Shown here: positions 10,311 to 17,719 of the stretch, piece after piece
Position numbering within the stretch: the first letter of the stretch is position 1
Layout of the letters: each line of letters opens with the position of its first letter
Origin: Paraspadella gotoi
Lineage: Eukaryota; Animalia; Chaetognatha
Assembly (NCBI GenBank): GCA_051294375.1
Contig: JBJCIZ010000358.1
Location: forward strand, 85,726 to 103,444
DNA length: 17,719 nt
Reading direction: 5' to 3'
Program-made: the position numbers and the translations under genes
Notes under the pieces: model-generated
Databases searched by the model: none
What the model was told of the DNA's origin: nothing
The model's input: only the letters and a program-made list of their open reading frames with translations

Positions 10311-10552
10311 TGATTTCCGAAGTGGAGACCGATTTGACGGGGGAAATGCTCCAGGATGGCTCCTGGCAAGCCTCGGCCTTTAAGTCTTACAACTTCAATG
10401 CGCTGGGCATTATGCCTGCCAGCGGCCACCTCCACCCGCTTCTCAAAGTCAGATCGGAATTTCGCCAGATCTTTCTGGAAATGGGATTCACAGAAATGCC
10501 CACCAACAACTTTGTCGAGTCTTCCTTCTGGAATTTTGACGCTCTTTTTCAG
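10311..10552 (+). CDS. FARSA: Phenylalanine--tRNA ligase alpha subunit, internal exon
   Basis: [14 protein letters not shown]...YNFNALG...[43 protein letters not shown] is the highly conserved eukaryotic PheRS-alpha sequence; ends CAG|GCAAG. Confidence 0.97.
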
Positions 10553-10586
10553 GCAAGATTTTCAATATATTTTTTTTCGGTTATCA

Positions 10587-10660
10587 TTTTTAGTCGGATC
10601 TGCTTATCAGCAGATTCCAATTCTATAATTCACTTTGTTGGTCTGTTGGTCCCACCCCCA
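10587..10660 (+). mobile_element. HINE/Helentron-like 5' end
   Basis: T run + AGTCGGATCTGCT / AGCAGATTCC stem-loop + CTATAATTCACTTT + GTTGGTCTGTTGGTC tetranucleotide-type repeats, the usual layout of these elements. Confidence 0.55.
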
Positions 10661-11151
10661 AATCTTGTCGGTAAATCATTATTATCATATCAGAACCACA
10701 AATTATGATAAATTATGCAAAAAAAATGTTCGTTAAACCGTAGTAAAAATTCTAAATTTAACTTTAATTAAAATTATAAAAGTGAGGAACGAACAACATA
10801 CTAATGAACATTTATGTATAAAAAAATTTATAATAAATTTTACAATTTACGCAGGAGGCCATATTTATACTACTACTAATCCAATAAATGTTAAAATTTC
10901 AAAAAAATTTTTTGTAAGATTTTTTTGCAGATTTAGATTCGTCATAAAAAGTTGATAGAAAGAAATATAACTCTTTTTTAAAAATTGTTTCATTAAGTTG
11001 ATCAAATTTATAAAAAAGCTATATTTTAAGCCAAAAATTAACTTTTTTATATTAAATATAGTTTTTTTAATTTTTAACCCACTTAATGAAAGAATTGTAG
11101 TCGGGCATTGCCTAGGTTCACCCCGCCTATAAGCATGACACCCTCAGTCCT

Positions 11152-11224
11152 GACCCGGTGGCTCATTGAGTAAAGCCATCAGCTCATGACCATTAGGTAA
11201 CGGGTTCAATCCCAACCCGGTACC
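11152..11224 (+). promoter_or_regulatory. tRNA-derived Pol III internal promoter (copy 1; copy 2 at 11544-11616)
   Basis: A-box-like TGGCTCATTGAG (11159-11170) and B box GGTTCAATCCC (11203-11213) at tRNA spacing; stems too degenerate for a true tRNA. Confidence 0.75.
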
Positions 11225-11247
11225 TACCCCGTGGGAAGCGTGAGGAC

Positions 11248-11331
11248 GGCCGTAAGCCACCTTGGGGGCGTGGCAACCCCTCAAGCCTGGTTCCAAGCCC
11301 AGGACCCGTTCCATTGCTACTAAAGGGGGTT
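11248..11331 (+). ncRNA. Twister-like ribozyme, copy 1 (probably inactive)
   Basis: UAA, P3 CTTGGGGG/CCCTCAAG, P4 CCTGG/CCAGG with loop TTCCAAGC; conserved GC reads AC and GA-GGG reads AA-GGG. Confidence 0.5.
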
Positions 11332-11639
11332 ATAGAAGTTACGGATAGTCATCTTCAGCCCACTTAGCGCCTTGCCCATCCTGTCGAGCGTATTCCAACC
11401 TTCTGATTCCAGGCCCATGGACGTGCCGAAGATTGCTCCCCTCCCTCCACTAGAAGCAGTGCAGGGTGGGTTACAATCTGGGGGGCATATAGTCGGGCAT
11501 TGCCTAGGTTCACCCCGCCTATAAGCATGACTCTTTCAGTTGTGACCCGGTAGCTCATTGAGTAAAGCCATCAGCTTATGACCACTAGGTACCGGGTTCA
11601 ATCCCAACCCGGTACCTACCCTGCGGGAAGAGTGAGGAC

Positions 11640-11724
11640 GGCCGTAAGCCGCCTTGGGGGGCGTGGCAAACCCTCAAGCCTGGTTCCAAGCCCAGGACCC
11701 GTTCCATGTCTGCTAGAGGGGGTT
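11640..11724 (+). ncRNA. Twister-like ribozyme (type P1 layout), copy 2
   Basis: GGCC-G-TAA-GCC-GC-[CTTGGGGG...CCCTCAAG]-CCTGG-TTCCAAGC-CCAGG-A...GCTA-GA-GGG-GGTT, compared with canonical UAA-P2-GC-P3-CCGG-UCCCAAGC-CCGG-A...-GAGGG. P2 pairing is imperfect. Confidence 0.6.
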
Positions 11725-12015
11725 ATAGAAGTTACGGATAGTCATCTTCAGCCCACTTAGCGCCTTATCCTCAGAATTTTTAAAAATGATTTATATTTTC
11801 TTTTATCAACTTTTGACAAGGAATTCAAATCTGTAATCGAAATTAAAAAAAGCTTGTTTTAAAATTTTTTGATTTTATAAGGATAGTAATATATAGTCTG
11901 CTGCGAAAATTGAAGAACATAAAATAAATTTTTTTACAAATTAATGTTTACTGATGGTATGTTGTTCATAATTGACATTTAGTATTTTTGTATGTAACTT
12001 TCACTACGCTCTAAT

Positions 12016-12030
12016 GTCCGTCCGTCCGTC
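12016..12030 (+). repeat. (GTCC)n microsatellite, possibly another HINE remnant
   Basis: GTCCGTCCGTCCGTC read directly. Confidence 0.6.
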
Positions 12031-12241
12031 CCCCATTAGTAGGGGGATCCTAACTCAGTAAGGTGGTTAAGAAATTTGAATTAAGCAGCTGCTCAAACGA
12101 AAATTTAGACATTTTTAAAAAAAATTGAATAGACAAAAAATTTTAATATTACTCCATACTCCATATATTAATTTTTTATTATTTATTTATTAGAGGAAAA
12201 ACGAAATTTTTTTCGCGATTTTACAACATTTATTTTTATAT

Positions 12242-12285
12242 AATGGACAAGTTTTGACTCTAGTTTTCGAGTCTTCATCAGCATT
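12242..12285 (-). ncRNA. Minimal type I hammerhead ribozyme with GAAA->AAAA substitution
   Basis: Minus strand AATG-CTGATGA-A-GACTC-GAAAACTA-GAGTC-AAAAC-TT-GTC-CATT. Confidence 0.8.
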
Positions 12286-12305
12286 GCAAAAGACACTTTC
12301 ACAAA

Positions 12306-12884
12306 CTATCGGCAGTTGCAGAACATGCAACAAACTCGGGCCATCTGTTTAGAGAGGAAGACTGTCTCGTGCTGTCCCATGACCAAAACTTGTTCTCAAG
12401 AGGCATTAGAGAGGCGATTTGCATCAAAGCCCTCGAACCCTCTTTGAACCGTGGAGGACAATTCAAACTCCCTCCAAGCTATGATTCGCTAATCAAAACT
12501 GTGGTAGAGCACCCAACGCCACCTCAGCCGCACGGTGATTCCCCTGTCCCCACTCAACGGGTCAGGTGGAGACCTCCTAGCAGGCAATGGACATCTGATG
12601 CCTCTCCTGAGCCTGCAGCAACTTGGCACGACTCTTCTAGTGCTGAGCGCCGCCCAAAACGACGGCTGCAAGAGGAGGGAGAGGAGTCTGTATCTCCCAT
12701 TTCAAAACAGGCCAGAACAGATATTTGCCCTCCTCACCGTCAGATGAGAAGAGGGCTCTCGGCAGGCCTATCAGGCCAGAGAGATATACAAGTGGCACTT
12801 GGCATTTTTCCAGCCGGATCTTTGCCAGACCCAAATCAATCCCACTCCACCACAATATCCTCTCAGCCCATTACAGGCCAATGA
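12306..12884 (+). pseudogene. C-terminal fragment of a Penelope-like ORF: end of the GIY-YIG endonuclease plus a low-complexity tail
   Basis: LSAVAEHATNSGHLFREEDCLVLSHDQNLFSRGIREAICIKALEPSLNRGGQFKLPPSYDSL matches the SAVxEH..GH...R.I.EA..I...P.LNR..G..L...Y pattern of PLE GIY-YIG domains. Confidence 0.88.
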
Positions 12885-13227
12885 ACCGAGCACATCGGTA
12901 ATGTCCCTCATTTGCCCGGCCAGGGGGGGGGGCCAGCTCATTTTGAGCTCTTTCTCATCTTATTTTTCTCTAAAACATACCTTAGCTATCCCTCACAACT
13001 TATTCTTCCATTTCATATTTCATTCTTTCTATTAAACCAAATTCTCACAAACATTTATTTATTTATTAACTTATGTTATTTTAGTTTTTCACTTTTATTC
13101 TCTGTTGTACATTGCCAAATGTATTGATGTCTCTCTCTCTCTTTCTTTTTCACCAATCTCAATTCACTCACTCTCCTTCCTTTCCCTCACTTTCTCCTGT
13201 CCTAACATCTGACCACTGTTCTTTACT

Positions 13228-14559
13228 TAGAACCAAATTCCGAAAGTCGATCCCAAAACTTTTTTCAGAATATTTTTATATTTTTAGATAGAGAATGACT
13301 GGAACAATGTAAATCTTAAGTCACGTCTAAATTGGCCAATGGGTTTAGAAGAAATAGACCAAAAACAACCAAAATTCCTCTCCATTTTTTCAACATTCTC
13401 GCTTTTTAAGATTCTCGCCGATTCTGACTTCCTTTTTCAAACTTATAATTCCGCAAGTTAATTTTTTTTATTTAAACGAACGAAAGGAATCCATAACTTT
13501 ATTATTTTTTTAATTTTTGGGTAAAAATATATAATTAATTACATTAACATTGTGACACTATGAAAGTGTAATGTCTTGTGAAGCCTGTGAGAGTTAAATA
13601 ATTAAAAATTCGCTTATTTTATTATTGAAAAATAACATCACAGCTCCTTTCAGTAACATCCTGTTCTCTAACATAAAATAATGTTTACTTTTTGCTGATG
13701 GAAAAGAAAGATAAATACTTAGGCTGTGATGGGGTGAATAATATTTTGTAGAATTTTGTAAGCATGCTTGTAATATCAGTCAAGCAAATATTTAAGTGAA
13801 AATAAAATTATATTTTCTTTATCCAAAAACTTTAAATCTTTACTAGAGTACAATTTAGCCTTTTTTCTTTCAGAATCACTAAAAAGAATTTAATTTTCAT
13901 TTATTTTTATGGGGTTTCATTAGTTTTAAAATTCATTATAGTTTTGACTTAGTTTGACACTCACCCTGTAAAGAGGTTTCCGCAAAAATAATTCTAAAAT
14001 TGTAACTTGTATGTGCCCAATGATTATGGCTTCATTTTGGTACTATTGCCATCCCTGTATCTTTGTTCCTTCAAAAGATATTAGGAAAAATCAGTTTTTT
14101 CTTTCAACCTTCCTTTTAATTTCTTTTTAAATAAAAATTTCATGTTGTCAAACCAGACCAATAGACTTTACCACGTTAGTTTACTATGAAGAGTTCGGTC
14201 AATAATGAAAAGAAAAATTTGGAATGCTCTTGAGACAAGACAAGACATACCATAACCCCGTTTGCAATTTTCAAAAAGCAAAATTTCCCGTTCATTTCTA
14301 TAGTAAAAATGAGGTTTGGAAATTCTCCGGAGATGACTAGTGCATTTCCCCTGGCTTGTTTGATATTAAATCCTTTAACAAATGCCATAAGACGAATTTG
14401 ACAAGCTGTTAAGATATAACGCTATCGGAATCGTGCGTTTTCACAACTCTTTTTTACCAGAATTTCTGGCAATCGCATTTGCAATTTGGGTAGTCAGATT
14501 TTAACGGAAATCTCTATTAGAAAAATGTTGAATTTTTTTTAAAGCAAGATTCTTGTCTA
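13228..14559. mobile_element. Non-autonomous DNA transposon (hAT-like), TAGA...TCTA ends, 7-bp TSD
   Basis: CTTTACT at 13221-13227 and 14560-14566; removing the insert restores a PLE 3' UTR collinear with the related copy at ~16915-16970; left end also present at 18-43. Confidence 0.75.
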
Positions 14560-14669
14560 CTTTACTAAATTTCTTTGTTGGAAACTCTCTCACTCTCTCT
14601 CCCTCAATATCTCCCTCCTTCTCTCTCTCCCTTAAACCAATATAAAAAATTTGTGAAATTGTCTTTTTC

Positions 14670-14711
14670 ATGCTGATGAAGACTCGAAAACTAGAGTCGA
14701 AACTTGTCCAT
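14670..14711 (+). ncRNA. Minimal type I hammerhead ribozyme (intact core)
   Basis: ATG-CTGATGA-A-GACTC-GAAAACTA-GAGTC-GAAAC-TT-GTC-CAT; predicted cleavage after C14708. Confidence 0.88.
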
Positions 14712-15659
14712 TATATAAAAATAAATGTTGTTAAATCGCGAAAAAAATTTCGTTTTTCCTCTAATCTATTTCCACCAACAAACGAAAGGATTATCACAAA
14801 TAATTATTTATAAATAAGAAAGGCTAAAAATTTTTTTAGGATTTTTTTATTTTTTAGGTAAGATTCATGAAGCTCGCAAAAAGTTGTCTATACAAAGTAT
14901 AATTCTTTTTTCAATATTTTTATCATAAGTTGGGAGCTGAAAAATTTGAAAAACTATTTATAAATCATCATCTTTTCGATAATTTTATTGCCTTTTTCTT
15001 AAATTTTGACGAAGAAACATAAACATTTTTTGAAAAGTTGTAAGTTATATTTTTTATTATAACTTTTATGGCTCAAATCAGAATCACATCAAAAAAAGTT
15101 AAGATTGATTTAAAAAGAAAATTTTTTTTTTGCAATTAATATCATAATTAAATAAAAAGACGTAATATTATAATTTTGGATACGTAGGCAAGAATAAAAG
15201 CATTAAAATCAAATTATTTTTAAAAAATTCTTTTTTTAACCTGAAAGTAGACTTCAAGACTAAAGTTTTGAAACCCTCGCGCGCCTATTGAATTTAATTT
15301 CATAGTATCACGTTTACATTAGCATTAAACTCGCAATTACCTCAGTGATTGGAATTGACGAAATTGGAATGAAATTTCTGGTGTTGGTAGAGGAGAGTTG
15401 TGTGATTGAGCTGGATATATTAGGTCTTCAAATGGAAAATCGTTGCATCGTGGAAATGAAAGTTTAAATGGAAAAAAACATAAGTTCATGATTTTTACTG
15501 TCAACGCATTTTACTGTATAAATTATTAATTAATTACTTTTTACTCATAATTAATTATAAGTTGATAAAAAAAAAAAAAAAAAAAAAAAAATAAACTTGA
15601 TAAGATAATTGAGGGCAAAATGGTTTTTGGTTCACAACGAATTTTAATTTTTCATAGAA

Positions 15660-15705
15660 ACGTACATGTTTTCGGCTTTGGATGGCAAGCCTATCCTATC
15701 AGCGT
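15660..15705 (-). ncRNA. Hammerhead ribozyme copy with indels
   Basis: Minus strand ACG-CTGATAGGATA-GGCTT-GCCATCCA-AAGCC-GAAAAC-AT-GTA-CGT. Confidence 0.65.
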
Positions 15706-17052
15706 GCAGATGTTTGTGAAATTTGTGGACAGTTTTTTGTGGTGAAAGAAGGGGGAGAGAGAGAGAGAAAGGGCAAACGTTTCCAAACACAGAGTTGAGA
15801 AAGAGAATAGTGGTCAAGGTGGTGAGGACAGGTTAAGAATGAGGACAGATAGAAGATTTTAAGTCTTTGAATAAGAAATGAAATGGTCAGAGTGAGAGAG
15901 ATTGAGAGACGAGAGAGGGAAAGAAGACAGGGAGAGAGAAAATACGTAATATATTTCAAATGGTATAATAAATAAAGGTTTAAATCTAAATAAACGGGTA
16001 TTAACACATTAACTATTTAAAGTAAATAAAGTAAGTTTAAGTGAAGGTGAACAATTGAAATGTGAAAGTGAGAAGAATACACTTTAGTGTAAAGAATTGT
16101 TAAATAATGTGTAGACGAACTAAGAGTTAAGATAGAGCTGTGCAACAGTGAGCTGGCCTCCTTGGTTTGGAACAAATGAAGGCTAGGGCCGATGGGGCTG
16201 GGTCATTGGCGTGTCATTGGTTGAGAAGGACCGAACAAACATTTGTCATTGTCGCGCTAGGAGAGGCCTTTCCTTTCGGAAACATTGTCAAGTGCTACTA
16301 CGAATGTCTCTTTGGCCTGATACGCCCCTGCCAGCTGCGCTCTCCTTCTCGCCTGCTGACGAGGTGGGCGTTTGTCAGTTCTTGCCCAATGCTTTGCGAC
16401 AGGAGTGGCTGAACTCCGCTCCTGGAGCCCGTTGTTTTGGGTCGACGCTCGCTCACCCAGCAGACGGAGGGAATTGAATTGCTAGCAGAGTCGAACATGG
16501 TTCGGCTTCAACTTGTAACTCATCAACCAAATGACACGCCAATCGACCGCAGCCCCAATCGCCGCTTACGCCTCTCATTGGTCCAAACCAAGGGGGGCCA
16601 GCTCACTTTGAGATCTATCTTCAACTTCTTAATTTCTAACATTATTAACAATTCTTTACACTAAAGTGTATCTTCTGACTTTCGAACATTCCATTTTCAC
16701 CTTCACTTAAACTTATTTATTTAATAAATAGTTAATTGTTAAGTACCTGTTTATTAGTTTAAAACTTTATTTGGTTGTACATTTGAAATGTGATTAGCTA
16801 ATTTTCCTCTCTCGACTGTCTGCTGCTCGCTCTCTCTCTCTTCAATCTCTATCACTCTGAACATTTCATATTCTTATTGCAAGATAAAATCTGCTATCTG
16901 TCCGCATGCTTTAAACCCTGTGCCTGCACCACTTGACACTTTTCTTTCTCACTCGCTGTGTTGGAAAACTTTGCCCTATCTCTCTCTCTCTGCTCTCTGC
17001 GTCCCTTCTTTCACAACAAAAACCTGTCGGCAAGAATTTCACAAATCATTTG

Positions 17053-17094
17053 ACGCTGAAGAAGGGCTTGCATCCAAAGCCGAAACATGTACGG
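17053..17094 (+). ncRNA. Minimal type I hammerhead ribozyme with palindromic stem III
   Basis: ACG-CTGAAGA-AG-GGCTT-GCATCCA-AAGCC-GAAAC-AT-GTA-CG; the ACATGT palindrome is typical of dimer-cleaving PLE hammerheads. Confidence 0.82.
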
Positions 17095-17544
17095 GTTTTC
17101 TATGAAAAAATAAAATTCACGTTGTGAACGCAAAAAACGCATTTTGCCTCAATACATATAACCAATGAAAAAAAGGTTATTAACGCACGATAGATAATTG
17201 AAAATAAAACTTGTGTGGCAGGAAAAGTTATGTGAATTAAGCTGGATATAAATTTTTGATGAAATTGTAGGAGCGAAAAGAGTTAAATTAGAAAACCAAC
17301 ACTTTTATTTTAATTATTTAAAAGTTTCCTCTCTCTATCTCTCACTGATAGATTGATTAGGATGTTTTGTTATTTTGGTTAAAATGAATTGATTTATAAA
17401 AATTTTTTAATTAATTTAGAAATCTGCTATGATTTTATAATGTTATGGCAATCTAGTTATGATTCAGGTTATGTTTTTCTCTCTATTTATTTATGAATTT
17501 TCTTGTCCACATTCATCGGCACATTCCAATCTGATTAAATTATC

Positions 17545-17588
17545 GTAGGGCAGATCCGTCATTGTTGGCATAGAACTTCTTTTTTTTC
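17545..17588 (+). mobile_element. HINE-like 3' end matching the 10587 family
   Basis: GCAGATCCG (reverse complement of CGGATCTGC in the 5' subTIR) followed by ~20 nt and a T run. Confidence 0.4.
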
Positions 17589-17658
17589 ATCTCATAACAT
17601 AATTACGTACTTCAACAATAAACATCAATTTGAGCAGCATAAATTTTTATTTTTGCAG

Positions 17659-17719
17659 CCGCCAGGCCAACAATCCAGCTCGTGATGCTCATAGCGACAC
17701 TTTCTTTCTCTCACGACCA
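17659..17719 (+). CDS. FARSA: Next FARSA exon (PQQHPARDAHDTFFLSDP), with several small insertions; runs off the window
   Basis: TTTTGCAG acceptor, then CCG..CAG..CAA CA(A)T CCA GCT CGT GAT GCT CAT..GAC ACT TTC TTT CTC, which continues directly from DALFQ. Confidence 0.85.

Larger units (their letters stand above)
11098..11771 (+). mobile_element. Tandem 1.7 x 392-bp tRNA-derived SINE/retrozyme-like element
   Basis: 11098-11373 repeats at 11490-11766 (offset 392); GC-rich island; tRNA-like head and twister-like motif in each unit; AGAATT on both flanks (11091-11096, 11773-11778). Confidence 0.85.
12189..14765 (+). mobile_element. 5'-truncated Penelope-like retroelement with an inverted partial pLTR at its 5' end, interrupted by a DNA element
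   Basis: ~117-bp inverted repeat 12189-12305 / 14650-14765 containing hammerheads; GIY-YIG C-terminal coding fragment; 3' UTR resumes after the 13228-14559 insertion. Confidence 0.88.
15609..17152 (-). mobile_element. Second 5'-truncated Penelope-like element with ~620-bp inverted pLTR arms
   Basis: 15609-~16226 is the reverse complement (indel-rich) of ~16520-17152; hammerhead in each arm; the spacer read on the minus strand is homologous to ORF tail 12730-12815; motif GGGGGGCCAGCTCA-TTTGAG shared with ~12925. Confidence 0.85.

Noticed and set aside
11152-11224. Functional tRNA-Met(CAT) gene
   Set aside because: Acceptor, anticodon and T stems do not pair properly, and copy 2 changes the anticodon; it is a SINE-type head.
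11325-11362. Minus-strand CTGAAGATGAC as a hammerhead in the 392-bp unit
   Set aside because: No GAAA box or stem III/cleavage triplet follows.
15567-15591. Poly(A) tail of a LINE/SINE
   Set aside because: No recognisable element body or clear TSD, and it is on the wrong strand to be the tail of the adjacent minus-strand PLE.

Overview
AT-rich, repeat-dense eukaryotic (probably invertebrate animal) genomic DNA with two assembly gaps. The only recognisable host gene is a spliced phenylalanyl-tRNA synthetase alpha gene (FARSA, + strand). Its exons lie at ~9514-9541, 10016-10243, 10311-10552 and 17659-end, with a 7.1-kb GC-AG intron full of nested mobile elements. These include two 5'-truncated Penelope-like retroelements with inverted pseudo-LTRs and minimal hammerhead ribozymes, a TAG...CTA DNA element with a 7-bp TSD, and Helentron/HINE-like ends. 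The most notable insert is a 1.7-mer tandem 392-bp element with a tRNA-derived Pol III head and a twister-ribozyme-like fold, which looks like a circularly permuted retrozyme. Upstream of the gene are a decayed intron-containing hAT-type transposase, an internally deleted Tc1 element, an LTR-like segment and a third Penelope pLTR. There are also two tRNA 3'-halves (Lys, Leu) fused to unrelated DNA that resemble captured tRNA-primer/strong-stop cDNA intermediates. Indel-rich stretches (especially 15600-17719) may be uncorrected long-read sequence, so some apparent decay could be artefact. All alignments and folds were done by eye.
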